A stretch of DNA of 64,000 nucleotides from Patescibacteria group bacterium (GTDB taxonomy: Bacteria > Patescibacteriota > Minisyncoccia > Phycocordibacterales > GCA-2747955). The notes beneath the pieces are model-generated. The model had not been told where the DNA came from and made no database searches. It was given only the letters and a program-made list of their open reading frames with translations. Both the position numbers and the translations under genes were made by a program. Location: NCBI GenBank assembly GCA_048538215.1, contig JBLYPV010000001.1:467850-531849 (forward strand), written 5' to 3'. Of this stretch, positions 47,400 to 57,692 are shown in pieces; within the stretch, counting starts at the first letter, position 1, and every line of letters starts with the position of its first letter.

Positions 47400-50300
47400 A
47401 TGTTTTTAATAGACCAACAAAAAAGAGGGAAAATAGGGATCGTAATACTATTATTTGGTACAGGGATAATCCTTCCTTCACTTTGCTTGGCTCAAGAAGT
47501 GCCAGTAGCAACTATTCATAGTATAAAGCCTAATGGGCACTGGCATGATTCCAGCACATGGCTAGAGCATCGTATTCCCACCACAGATGATGTCGTGTAT
47601 GTGGATGTGCCTATAAAAATGAGGCACCAGCCTACGATTGTTCGTGGTCTGCACATTACCCCTTCGGGAAGGATTGATGGCTTAGGAAAGTATAATAATG
47701 GCTATCTTGCAGTGAGTGATTATTTTTATAACCAAGGAAGCATTGGCCGGAATATGTTTGAGCTTAAGCTAGGAGGGTGGATACGAGCCCTTGGGAGTAT
47801 TGCACTTAATAAAATCCGATTAAGTGGAGGGGAGATAGAGCTACCTCCAGTGGTGAATCACAATCTTTCTCTCACAAGAGATATTAGCCTTGTCAATCAA
47901 TCGCTAAAGCTTGGTGGTAGATTTGAAACAAATAATCGTATCATTACCCTGACCGCTACGAGCACTGATTTAGAGCTAGAGAATCCAGTAGACAAGCTTA
48001 TCGTCTACGGTACGAGCACTATTAATATAGGTCGGGAAGAATCGGAAGCAAGGATGATAGTAGATAGCATACAAGCTGCCTCATCTACTGTGCACTTTCA
48101 AGCTCCTAATATGGGCATAAATGGTGATGTTCGTGCAGAGAAAATATATATACATCATAGCCTCAAGCTTGAGGAGTCCAATATACGATTTACTGGAGAT
48201 GTCTATATCAAGCCGGGAGGCTACATCAATGGCGAAGCCTGGCGAGTAGTACACTGGTTTGAAATTGTGGGCGACTTGATCAATTATGGCTCGGTGGGGC
48301 CGTATGTCTATCTACATTTATGGGGGAGCTTGCACAATCATGGAAGTTATAGCAATTCGCAAGGTTTGGTGTTGCGAGGTGATGGAGAACGAAATTTTAT
48401 CGGTAGTATTCCCAATAAAGTATATTTGCGAGGTAATCAGATTTGGAGGTCTTCCCCTACTTTGTATGTTTTAGATACAGGTGGATACGAGATTACCCTT
48501 CCTCAAGGGGTAGGCCTCGCGCTCTCCAGTAGCAATGGTGATCTCAAAGTTGCTGGCTCGGGCGTTATCACCTATGTAGACCCAGTAACTCCCGACTACC
48601 AAGCATACGCTAGAGCTATTTATGCCCCAGATGCACGAGTGATTTTTGGTGCCAAGGGCTCGATATCTGATGATATTAGCGCCAATGTTATTGAAATCCG
48701 TGATCGATTAGAGGTAGCAGATTCTCTTACTATGAATGCCAATCAAGTAGCCTTTATCGGTGGGACTTTGCAGAGTGACAGCGAAAAATACAAGCGTCTA
48801 GTAGAGATCAACACCCCTTCTCTCCGGGGAGCTGGGCACCTAGGAAGCTACCTGGAGGCGTACTTTAATACAGATATTCCGCGAGGATTTAGTGCCGGAT
48901 GGAATACAGGAATCTATTTGCGTCACCGAGCAGATCAGACAGGCGATCAATTCAAGCTTGCAAGCTCAAGCGAAAGTATACTCGCTGGCATACAAGATAT
49001 TTTCTTAGATAGAGAGCCAAATTTGCGAGAGGTGCTCAATTCAGGAAAAGCCCACTACTATAGCTATCATAGCAATAATAGCTGGAGCGATATCTGGAGC
49101 ATCAATGCTGAGTACAACCCTTTTAATCTTCAAGAGGAATTAGCTCGGCGAAGCTATTTTGATTTTTCTTTTGTTCCACATCAGCAATCAGGAGAGCCAT
49201 TTTGGGTGCAAATTACTGCTCGGGATGCTACGTATGCTGGCGAGCTACATTTGAGTGCAAAGCGAGGAAGGGTATCACCTCGCCGGATTACACTAAGCGA
49301 TGGTAGCTGGCAGGGGGAGCTACGAATAATTGGTGAAGGTAGTGGAGAACAGCTAGTCGCTACTGGCTTGGGCAAATACGCAGGATACTCTGGACGATCA
49401 AATTATTTTGGTGTCAGCCAAGCGCAAGCCCTTGAGGGGGTGATTCGAGGGGTAGTACGGAGTGCTTCTGGAGCCCGTATTGATTATGGCTTGGTGGAAT
49501 TTACCGATCTCACCACCGGGGAGCATTGGAGCACTAGCATTGATAGCAATGGAAGATATAGCATCGCTCTGCCTTGCGGGGCATATGAGGTAAAAGCTTC
49601 GGGGGCAAGTTTGCGCAGTCTTTCTCTTTCCTGTGGTGAGACAATTATTTATGATATAGAGATAAGTAGATCTTGTGTAGCAGATAGGCGTATCCCAGTC
49701 ATCTTTGTGCCGGGGATTCAAGGATCAGATTCTTCTGATAATCCAACAGTCATATTCCCTGAGCTTCTCTCCTACGCCCCTCGCTGGGACTCTGCTAAGC
49801 TTCATCTGCATGATCCATTTGGTGCTGTGGGCTGGAAGCGCTTGCAAGAAGCACTCGAAGAGGAGGGCTATCGATATGGATGTACTATTTTTGCCGCTCC
49901 CTATGATTGGGCACTTTCGGCACAAGATAGTGCCGAGCAATATTTGATGCCAATGATAGAGCACGCCAAGAAAGTAGCATCCTCTACCCAGGTAGATATT
50001 GTGGCGCATTCGATGGGGGGATTGGTGGCTCGGGTGTATATTCAAGGCGAGGAATATCAGGGTGATGTTCGCCGTTTTGCTATGGTGGGCACTCCCAATG
50101 CTGGATCGGCAATGGCATATTTTTCTTGGGAGGGAGGAGATACAGAGCAGGCCGATAGCTATGGTGGTAATTTTTTTGAACATTTACTATCAAAAATTCA
50201 ACAAACAAATCAATTTCAAACGAAAACGACCGTAAAGAATCATTTGATAAAGACAGGAGAAGAAAAGCCACTGTGCTGGGGCTTTGGCCCACCATCAGAA

Positions 50301-50786
50301 TATACTGCTTGTGACCGAGAGCGGATCAAAGCATTTTTGCAGAGCTACGCACCATCGGTGGGCGAGCTCTATCCCAGCTACGATTTTCTCTTCGACGAGC
50401 AAAGCAAAAAAATGATAACACCAGCATTTGAAAATACCCTACTCCGTGCTCTCAATAATCAAGAGTGCGAGGAGGGCGATTGTGGATATAATTTTATCCC
50501 AATTGCAAAGCAAGGGGTGGAGATCCGCAATTTTGTGGGACTTGAAGAGAATATTCTTGGGCCTCGTCGTCATACACTTGAAAATATATATGTTTCACCT
50601 TCAAAAAATATAAGGTATGATTATTCTGATGGTAAGATAGAAATGCTAGAGTCGGGGATAGGTGATGGAACGGTGTTGGTGGATAGTGTACAGGCGGTTA
50701 AAGCACGGAGTGAGTTTTTGGACGAAAAACATTCTGCTCTAATTAAGAATATGAAAGATCAGATTAAAAATTTTTTAACTGAATAG
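47400..50786 (+). CDS. Large secreted protein: beta-rich N-terminus, Ig/carboxypeptidase-regulatory-like domains, C-terminal LCAT/PGAP1-like alpha/beta hydrolase
   Basis: PVIFVPGIQGS, PYDW, VDIVAHSMGGLVAR, GTPNAGS, GDGTV, H near the C-terminus. Confidence 0.82.
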   Translation: MFLIDQQKRGKIGIVILLFGTGIILPSLCLAQEVPVATIHSIKPNGHWHDSSTWLEHRIPTTDDVVYVDVPIKMRHQPTIVRGLHITPSGRIDGLGKYNNGYLAVSDYFYNQGSIGRNMFELKLGGWIRALGSIALNKIRLSGGEIELPPVVNHNLSLTRDISLVNQSLKLGGRFETNNRIITLTATSTDLELENPVDKLIVYGTSTINIGREESEARMIVDSIQAASSTVHFQAPNMGINGDVRAEKIYIHHSLKLEESNIRFTGDVYIKPGGYINGEAWRVVHWFEIVGDLINYGSVGPYVYLHLWGSLHNHGSYSNSQGLVLRGDGERNFIGSIPNKVYLRGNQIWRSSPTLYVLDTGGYEITLPQGVGLALSSSNGDLKVAGSGVITYVDPVTPDYQAYARAIYAPDARVIFGAKGSISDDISANVIEIRDRLEVADSLTMNANQVAFIGGTLQSDSEKYKRLVEINTPSLRGAGHLGSYLEAYFNTDIPRGFSAGWNTGIYLRHRADQTGDQFKLASSSESILAGIQDIFLDREPNLREVLNSGKAHYYSYHSNNSWSDIWSINAEYNPFNLQEELARRSYFDFSFVPHQQSGEPFWVQITARDATYAGELHLSAKRGRVSPRRITLSDGSWQGELRIIGEGSGEQLVATGLGKYAGYSGRSNYFGVSQAQALEGVIRGVVRSASGARIDYGLVEFTDLTTGEHWSTSIDSNGRYSIALPCGAYEVKASGASLRSLSLSCGETIIYDIEISRSCVADRRIPVIFVPGIQGSDSSDNPTVIFPELLSYAPRWDSAKLHLHDPFGAVGWKRLQEALEEEGYRYGCTIFAAPYDWALSAQDSAEQYLMPMIEHAKKVASSTQVDIVAHSMGGLVARVYIQGEEYQGDVRRFAMVGTPNAGSAMAYFSWEGGDTEQADSYGGNFFEHLLSKIQQTNQFQTKTTVKNHLIKTGEEKPLCWGFGPPSEYTACDRERIKAFLQSYAPSVGELYPSYDFLFDEQSKKMITPAFENTLLRALNNQECEEGDCGYNFIPIAKQGVEIRNFVGLEENILGPRRHTLENIYVSPSKNIRYDYSDGKIEMLESGIGDGTVLVDSVQAVKARSEFLDEKHSALIKNMKDQIKNFLTE

Positions 50787-50787
50787 T

Positions 50788-51060
50788 ATGAAATATTTTA
50801 AGTTTATTTTGTCCATAGGATATGTCTACTTTGGACTTGTTACTTTGCTAAATACACTACAACAAGGAGGCTCAGGACAATGGCATTATAATGTTTTTGG
50901 CCAAAGTAATCCTATTATCTTAGATTGGTGGTTGGTGATTATTCCTTCAATTATCATCACCGCTTTGATTGCTCGATATACTGATAGTAAAACTCAAACA
51001 ATTTTCTTTTATTTGTTTACCGGTCTGGTCGTCTTCCTGATTGTTGGTACATATTTATAA
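50788..51060 (+). CDS. Small 3-TM membrane protein (paralog 1)
   Basis: MKYFKFI...GG...WWLVIIPS...ARY; similar to the next ORF. Confidence 0.65.
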   Translation: MKYFKFILSIGYVYFGLVTLLNTLQQGGSGQWHYNVFGQSNPIILDWWLVIIPSIIITALIARYTDSKTQTIFFYLFTGLVVFLIVGTYL

Positions 51061-51072
51061 TTTCTTATTAGT

Positions 51073-51357
51073 ATGAAATATATAAAGTATATAATTGCCA
51101 TAGTATGGGTTCATATATGTACAGTAACTATACTACTAATAATAAGATCAGGTGGAGGTAACTTTTCCGTTAGTGATTTTTATGACGAATACACCGGATT
51201 TTGGGGCAATACCTACATCCAATGGTGGTGGGCGTTGATACCTTCTTTTATTGCCGTTGTGATTTATGCAAGGTATTTCTCGCGAGCAAGTCAGAGACGG
51301 ATTTTGATTTTGTACACAATCCTCGCCTTGTTGTTTATTTTAGGGACAAAATTATAA
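51073..51357 (+). CDS. Small 3-TM membrane protein (paralog 2)
   Basis: MKYIKYI...GGG...WWALIPS...ARY. Confidence 0.65.
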   Translation: MKYIKYIIAIVWVHICTVTILLIIRSGGGNFSVSDFYDEYTGFWGNTYIQWWWALIPSFIAVVIYARYFSRASQRRILILYTILALLFILGTKL

Positions 51358-51373
51358 TAAAAATATATTTATA

Positions 51374-52564
51374 ATGAATACCATAGAGAAGCAATATATC
51401 TTTAATCTACATTATATCGGGCACAAGGTTTTTATCATCATCAGCATCCTGCTAGCTCCCCTGTGGGGATGGGCTCAATCGGATGTGCCCTTGCCTTTTC
51501 TCAGTATAGAGATAGGGGGCAATACGAGAATAATTATTACCGATCCAGAAGGCAATCGCACTGGCTCACAAGGATATGAAGTGCACAAGGCATCAGACAA
51601 TGCTCATTTGGTATTAGCATATGGTAAGCAATCTATTTCCTACGCCCAGCCAGTACTTGGCAAGTATGAGCTCGATCTGAAGGGCAGGCATAATGAGGTG
51701 TATGAGCTTGTGCTCGCTTGGTATGACGGGACTCAATATGAGCACCAGAGCTATCGATTCTATGCCAAAGCGGAGAGCTCTCGCAAGCTTGATATTACTT
51801 TGGAAGATGTGGGTGATGGTAGATGGCGAGTAAGCTCACCTAGCTTTGAGCAGGTATCTGCTCAGATTGGTAGATCAGAAAAAGATGAGAGTACAGTGTG
51901 GGTGTCTTGGCAGGCACTAGAAGGAGTGCGTAGCTATTATGTATATGCCAAAGAATCGGGGGCGATGCAATTTGAGCGAATTCTTAGCACAGAGGCTACC
52001 TCGAGCGCTACGGGTATTCCCTGGGGAGCGGATGCCAAGCTTGGGCCGAGCTATCTTGCCGTATCTGCTGTGCTAGAAAATGGCCGTGAGACAGCGCTTT
52101 CGCTCATACTCGCTACCGACGACAGCGATGGCGATGGCTATAGCGACGATCGCGAAGAAGCACGGGGTACCAATCCCTATGCACGAGATAGCGATGGCGA
52201 TGGGGTAGATGATTTTTTGGAAATTAATCGCTTTTATTCTGATCCGCTCAATCAGGACAGCGATGGCGATGACTATAGTGATGGTGAGGAAGTGAATGCG
52301 GGGACTCTCCCTAATAGTGATCGATCCTATCCGGGAGTGGGGCAAGAATGTGCCCCGCCTGCACAAGGGGATTGGGAAGTGCACAATGATTGTACGGTGG
52401 TGGAAAGTGATGTCATTCCCGCTGATCTGATTGTGTTTCCAAAAAGCATTTTGAGTATTGCACGGGGAGTCACGCTCTGGTTTGATTATTTGGAGCACTC
52501 GATCCTAGTTCTTTTTGGTGGAGGTATCAAAATGGCTCCTGATGCTCGTATTGAGCAACACTGA
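51374..52564 (+). CDS. Secreted protein with FN3-like domain and DxDGDG calcium-binding repeats
   Basis: IITDPEGNRTG, three DSDGD(G/D) repeats with GTNP/SDP/TLP, CAPP..GDW C-terminal motif. Confidence 0.75.
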   Translation: MNTIEKQYIFNLHYIGHKVFIIISILLAPLWGWAQSDVPLPFLSIEIGGNTRIIITDPEGNRTGSQGYEVHKASDNAHLVLAYGKQSISYAQPVLGKYELDLKGRHNEVYELVLAWYDGTQYEHQSYRFYAKAESSRKLDITLEDVGDGRWRVSSPSFEQVSAQIGRSEKDESTVWVSWQALEGVRSYYVYAKESGAMQFERILSTEATSSATGIPWGADAKLGPSYLAVSAVLENGRETALSLILATDDSDGDGYSDDREEARGTNPYARDSDGDGVDDFLEINRFYSDPLNQDSDGDDYSDGEEVNAGTLPNSDRSYPGVGQECAPPAQGDWEVHNDCTVVESDVIPADLIVFPKSILSIARGVTLWFDYLEHSILVLFGGGIKMAPDARIEQH

Positions 52565-52603
52565 CGAGTAGGCAATAGATAGGCAAGAGCTTCCCAAATA
52601 AAA

Positions 52604-52642
52604 TATGCTAAAAGTTGTCCGGGCTCGACAACTTTTAGCATA
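52604..52642. repeat. Family B palindrome, copy 2
   Basis: TATGCTAAAAGTTGTC-CGGGCTC-GACAACTTTTAGCATA. Confidence 0.9.
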
Positions 52643-52863
52643 AAATGGGGGGAGGTGAAATAGGGGGGATGTATTTAATTAAATTATTTTTTAATTTTTT
52701 AATTTTAGATTGTGTCTACAATTGAAGAAGTGTATGTCTAATCCAAAGAATCTGTATTAAGTGGGAGAGGAGATATGCTTAAGGGGGTATGTATAAAATA
52801 AAGTTCGCCCGGAGGGCGCGCTTATTTATCTAATACTAAATGAAAAATACATTACTAGCTCTA

Positions 52864-53229
52864 TTACTCCCCCATATGAGCAATACAGGTAGGAGCTGAA
52901 GGATTTGCTTCTAGTCGCTCCTTTTCTATCTCTTTGCCACAGCGTACACAGAGCCCAAAGCTACCAGCATCGATACGATTAAGGGCTTCTTCCACCATAC
53001 GATAGCGTATCTCAAGCTCATTGGTGATTGATTCATTGCGAGTAAATGATTCAAGCTCTGTCCCTATCTCTACTGGGTCTAATGACGGTGGTTCGCTAGA
53101 GAAATCATCTTCACGGGCTTGAAAGCCCCCATCAGCGCGCTCATTTTTTATTGCTATTTTTCCAAGCTCTCTTTTCAAAAGCTCCTTATCTTTTTCCAAT
53201 CGCTCTTTATATTCTTGTATATCAGTCAT
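52864..53229 (-). CDS. DksA/TraR-family zinc-finger protein
   Basis: EALNRIDAGSFGLCVRCGKEIEKERLEANP...CIAH; start placed at MTDIQ. Confidence 0.85.
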   Translation of the reverse strand: MTDIQEYKERLEKDKELLKRELGKIAIKNERADGGFQAREDDFSSEPPSLDPVEIGTELESFTRNESITNELEIRYRMVEEALNRIDAGSFGLCVRCGKEIEKERLEANPSAPTCIAHMGE

Positions 53230-53283
53230 ATTCGCGATTATACCTACTCGTGTAATTAGTGCAAGAAGAGCAAAATATAAATA

Positions 53284-53732
53284 AAAAAAGAGCCCCAACG
53301 CGCGTGGGGCTCAAAAGTGCAGACGCACTCGGCTAGCCGAGAGTGTTGGCAGCCGAAGCTAGCCGAGCGCGTCATATCTTGCCGACCAAAGCAAGTCGCC
53401 ATAATTTTAGCAAATACCCCAAACTTGTCTAGGGCACGGAGGGTGGGGTGCCGTGCTTGCGCACGGCACCCCGATGATCAGGCTCGAGATCAATCGCTTG
53501 TGGCGACCGAGTGAGCTTCTGTATGGCAGCCATAGAGTGGGCTCGATATTCCTGCTGATTGCTCAACAAGAATCGAGCTTTCCTCCGATACGAAATTTGG
53601 CGGGAGTCTGTGAAGCTCTTCAGCCCCAAGCCCAATACCAAATCCGTAGCAGACTACCATTATTTTCATCATCGTTTTCTCCTTCGCTTTGGTCGGTTAT
53701 TTGCACCAGCAATCTGCCAATTGCCAATGCGC
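53284..53732 (-). ncRNA. Candidate structured RNA of unknown class, or small-ORF mRNA
   Basis: Minus-strand TATAAT at 53738-53743, GCAA- and UUCG-capped hairpins, long-range stem 53381-53395/53682-53697, terminator with U-tract at 53284-53312. Confidence 0.5.
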
Positions 53733-53808
53733 GAGCTATTATACACAAAAAAATGCAATCGTATATGGAGGGCCTGGTGAGAAGTTTGCTATAATGGGCA
53801 CACAAGCT

Positions 53809-55380
53809 ATGTTTAGAGTACGATATCACACGCCACTACTGCTAGGATTGCTGGGCGCTATTTTGGCTCTCCCCGGTGCTTTTGTCTTTGCAAAAATTGA
53901 TGTACGCGAGATTCAAAACAATCTTCAAGAAACATCCAATCAAATATCCGAGCTAGAGCAAGAGATCAAACAAGATGAAGCAGAGCTCGATCGGCTCAAA
54001 GGAGAAAAGCAAACCCTCTCAAGCACAGTATCCAGCCTCAATGCTTCTCAGTATCGGCTCGAGAAATCTATCAAACAAACAGAATCTACCATACAAAAAA
54101 CAGAGCAAGAAATCCTCACCCTTTCCGAGCGTATCGCCGAGCTCGAGCAATCTATTAGCCAGAATCGAAAGGTAATTGGCACTACAGTACGAGAAATCTA
54201 TAAATCAGAAGATACAAGTGTCTTTGAGGCTCTGCTCATCTATGATACTTTTTCTGAATTTCTTGCCGAGAGTGATGCCCTTCGGCAAACAGGTGTCGTC
54301 CTCAAAAAAGAGCTGGGCACCCTCGAGGCCACCTATGGACGATTGAAAGACACGACGCAAGAAAAAGCTCAAGCCAAGTACAAGCTTGAGACTGAGCAAG
54401 AAAATCTTCAAGACCGCAAACAGGTAGTGGCATACACCAAGCGGAGCAAGGAGACCCTTTTAAAAGAAACACAAAATAAAGAAGAAGTATACCAGCGTAC
54501 TCTGGCAGAAAAGCGCCAGGCCTTGCGAGAATTTGAAGCACAGATGCAACAGCTTGAGCTCGAGCTCAATATTGCTATTGATGAATCACGGGTACAAGAC
54601 CCTCTGGTAGGCTTGTTTAGCTGGCCTTTTAGTAATTGGTATCGTATCACCCAATTTTTTGGCAATACAAGCTATGCTTCAAGCGGTGCCTATAATGGCC
54701 GTGGGCACAGTGGGGTAGATTTTGCCACTCCGCTGGGGACACCTATATTGTCACCAATGGATGGGGTGGTGATGGCAGCTGATGATACAGGAGCTCATGG
54801 CGCTCGTATCAATGGCTCATATCAGCAGTGTATTTCATATGGAAAATGGATCGTTGTAGATCACCAAAATGGGCTTTCCACTCGAGTCAATCACCTCTCG
54901 CTCATTAAGGTACGAGATGGCGAGAGGGTGCGTCGTGGGCAGGTCATCGGCTACTCGGGCAATACTGGTATATCTACTGGACCACACTTGCATGTTTCGG
55001 TGGCTGCTACTCAGGGAGTACAAATTCGTCGCCTTGGGGATGTTATTACAACTACCGCTTGTCGAGACGCACGAGCGCCCATCATCTCCTCAAATGCGTA
55101 TCGTGATCCTTTTGATTATTTCCCCCGCCCGCACTTTACTCTCAGTGAAGTAGCGCTCGGTGATAGAGGCACTTCAGTACGCAATTTACAAATGATGCTC
55201 AAGCACGAGCGTATCTTCCCTATAGAAATCTCAGCCAATGGGGTGTATGGCCCTACTACCGCCAAGGCAGTCCTCAAGTGGCAGAAAAAATATCGAGTAG
55301 ACAATCCTTCAGAATTGGATGCCCAAGCTGGCAAAAGCTTTGGTGAAGCATCACTCAAGCGCTATCAATCTTTCTTCTAG
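53809..55380 (+). CDS. M23 family peptidase with coiled coil and peptidoglycan-binding domain
   Basis: HSGVD, YGKWIVVDH, GNTGISTGPHLH, C-terminal G.YGP.T..AV..WQ; start placed at 53809. Confidence 0.9.
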   Translation: MFRVRYHTPLLLGLLGAILALPGAFVFAKIDVREIQNNLQETSNQISELEQEIKQDEAELDRLKGEKQTLSSTVSSLNASQYRLEKSIKQTESTIQKTEQEILTLSERIAELEQSISQNRKVIGTTVREIYKSEDTSVFEALLIYDTFSEFLAESDALRQTGVVLKKELGTLEATYGRLKDTTQEKAQAKYKLETEQENLQDRKQVVAYTKRSKETLLKETQNKEEVYQRTLAEKRQALREFEAQMQQLELELNIAIDESRVQDPLVGLFSWPFSNWYRITQFFGNTSYASSGAYNGRGHSGVDFATPLGTPILSPMDGVVMAADDTGAHGARINGSYQQCISYGKWIVVDHQNGLSTRVNHLSLIKVRDGERVRRGQVIGYSGNTGISTGPHLHVSVAATQGVQIRRLGDVITTTACRDARAPIISSNAYRDPFDYFPRPHFTLSEVALGDRGTSVRNLQMMLKHERIFPIEISANGVYGPTTAKAVLKWQKKYRVDNPSELDAQAGKSFGEASLKRYQSFF

Positions 55381-55463
55381 TTATATAATCCCAAAATCTT
55401 TATATAATCCCCAGGTATTTATACCTTGTTTTTGCTAATAGTGGGGGGTACAATAAATTTACT

Positions 55464-57665
55464 ATGCGGATTTTACAAAAATATAGCGTTTTACTAGCAA
55501 TACTAATTGCCCTGCCTCTCCTGCTAGCTCATCAAGCGTGGGCACAAGATGCCCAAGCAGAAATTGAAAATACTATTAGCGATATTAGTCTAGAGGCAGA
55601 GGGAGCAATTCTAGTATCAGGAAGCATCGCAAGCTCGAGTAATAGAGGCCCCTTCTATATTCAAGCAGTGCTTTCCGACAAAGATGGTATCACGCGCGAT
55701 AGAATCCAGAGCAGACAAGCTCTCATCCCTGGCTCTTCTTACGAAGAGCGATTCAAGTTTGGTCTCTCGCCTGTTACCAGTGATAGGGTAATACTTATGA
55801 CCGTCACCGAAAGCGGAATTCCCTTTGATATTGATCCTCTACAAATAAAGTGGAGTAGTGATACCCCAGAAGCCCGCACCAATGAGATCCTTGATATTAT
55901 TTCTTGTGAGCATCAAGACGCCTCAGAAGAGCTGGTTTGTAGCTATCGAGGAGAAGTGGATACTCAATCTATCACCGTACGGCTCTATGATGGTCAGCCG
56001 TATACTGCTACACAAATAGCAGAGACTACTTCTTTGATACAAGAAGAATTAGATGGAGAGCTTGTTTTAAGTGCCTTTGCCAAGCCACAAGAAGATGGCT
56101 TGTATATTTATACAATTACTGATGACCGAGGCACCCTACTACACCAAGGCTCTGTGCGTAGAGGAGCAATTCCTGGATTTGAAAAGGAGCAGTCACTTGC
56201 AGATCAAGAAAAGCAGGATCAGCAGAGATTTTTGATGATACTCGGTGCTTTGAGCCTTGCCTTTTTCACTGCAGTGATGATGCTTTCACAATTCTTATTG
56301 AACCCAAAGAAGACTCGTTGGATATGGATTGGGGTGGGAGCTCTTATTCTTGCTTTCTTGAGTGTGTGGTATGTCGCTTATGCAGCCACCTATCAATCTA
56401 CCAATTATCCGCAGTACCAATATGTAGTGGATGTTACTCCTATTGATGCCACCGAGAATGTAGATGGTGATGTAATCGATACGACCTATATCATTTCTTT
56501 TAGTGCCTTTGATACTTATACAGGCAATGCGCCTATGGAGCAAAAGGTAGATATTACCTTCGATGGCTCTACCTACCAAGCATTTATTCGAGATGAATCA
56601 GGAGAAGTGGTGCATTCTCGCCAGGTCACTATCGCCGAAAGTGAAAAGAACACGAGTGCTCTCAAGGTAGTCGATGGCTGTGGAAGCTACTACCAATTCT
56701 CTGAAGCAGGCACTGATGTATACGGGAGCTACGACTGTAGCCCATACCCACTCTTTAATCTTGATGCCACAATCGGCTGTATGAATCCAAATGCTAGTAA
56801 TTATGATCCGAGTGCTATCATTTCAAGCGGGCAATGTAATTTTGGGGGCTGTATCATCCCAAGCGCGCTTAATTACAATCCATCAGCCACTATTGATGAC
56901 GGCTCATGTGTGGTCGAGGGCTGTGTAAATCCAGAGGCTACTAATTATGATCCGAAAGCCACTATTGATGACGGCTCATGCCTCTGTGGCGGTGGCTCTT
57001 GCGAGGATGTATATGGCTGTACCAATCCTGAATCCTCAAACTTCAATGAGCTAGCCACTATTGATGACGGCTCGTGCGATAATTGTATGTGGATACCGAT
57101 TATTCCTGACCCTTCTACCTTCTGTGCTACCGAGATCTATTACCAAACCAATAGCTGTACAAAAGAAGTACGCACCGTACAAGGCAATTTGCAATCTAAG
57201 TGGCTCCCCGATATATCAGCAAATGATATTTGTATTGGTGATTTTGTCACCCAAACCGAGCAGTGCTCACCACTTGATAAGCCCGCCACTCGAGTGCTCG
57301 AGGGTACGAGCAATAGCCCATTCTGTTTTGCTCCCATTACAGAATTTGAAGTATCTACCAATCTCACTAATTGGACTAGTTGTGAAAAGATAGGTCGCAT
57401 CCAAATGACTCATCCGAGCCAAGAGCTTTACTTGCGACCATCAGGTACTGAGCCAGTAGACTCATGGGCAATTTCACAAGAAGCTGGAGAGATTAGTGGC
57501 TCGGTGAGCTCATATAAGGGAGATGTGTGGAAAGCACAATTCAATTATCTTGTTGAGCAAAAGCAATTCAATGATGTGTCGATTACTATGAGGTCGCCTG
57601 CAGGGAATGAGGCCACTCAGCTTTGTAATATTTCTCTCTTGAGCTTTAGTTTTGAGGAGCGCTAG
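55464..57665 (+). CDS. Membrane protein with Cys-rich GC.NP.A.NY.P.A.IDDGSC repeats
   Basis: Signal peptide, two central TM helices, four tandem repeats at about 56775-57085. Confidence 0.75.
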   Translation: MRILQKYSVLLAILIALPLLLAHQAWAQDAQAEIENTISDISLEAEGAILVSGSIASSSNRGPFYIQAVLSDKDGITRDRIQSRQALIPGSSYEERFKFGLSPVTSDRVILMTVTESGIPFDIDPLQIKWSSDTPEARTNEILDIISCEHQDASEELVCSYRGEVDTQSITVRLYDGQPYTATQIAETTSLIQEELDGELVLSAFAKPQEDGLYIYTITDDRGTLLHQGSVRRGAIPGFEKEQSLADQEKQDQQRFLMILGALSLAFFTAVMMLSQFLLNPKKTRWIWIGVGALILAFLSVWYVAYAATYQSTNYPQYQYVVDVTPIDATENVDGDVIDTTYIISFSAFDTYTGNAPMEQKVDITFDGSTYQAFIRDESGEVVHSRQVTIAESEKNTSALKVVDGCGSYYQFSEAGTDVYGSYDCSPYPLFNLDATIGCMNPNASNYDPSAIISSGQCNFGGCIIPSALNYNPSATIDDGSCVVEGCVNPEATNYDPKATIDDGSCLCGGGSCEDVYGCTNPESSNFNELATIDDGSCDNCMWIPIIPDPSTFCATEIYYQTNSCTKEVRTVQGNLQSKWLPDISANDICIGDFVTQTEQCSPLDKPATRVLEGTSNSPFCFAPITEFEVSTNLTNWTSCEKIGRIQMTHPSQELYLRPSGTEPVDSWAISQEAGEISGSVSSYKGDVWKAQFNYLVEQKQFNDVSITMRSPAGNEATQLCNISLLSFSFEER

Positions 57666-57692
57666 AGCTAGAGGGTGTAGCTTGTAAAAGAC

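Noticed and set aside
53284-53732. RNase P RNA or tmRNA call
   Set aside because: Only partial motif resemblance (GGAGGAAAGCUC, GGGGCUGA); no CR-V, T-loop/CCA end or tag peptide was found, so it is left as an unknown RNA.
53317-53829. Several overlapping short ORFs (53317, 53429, 53453, 53559, 53620)
   Set aside because: They are expected by chance in GC-richer structured DNA; only 53490-53672 has an SD.
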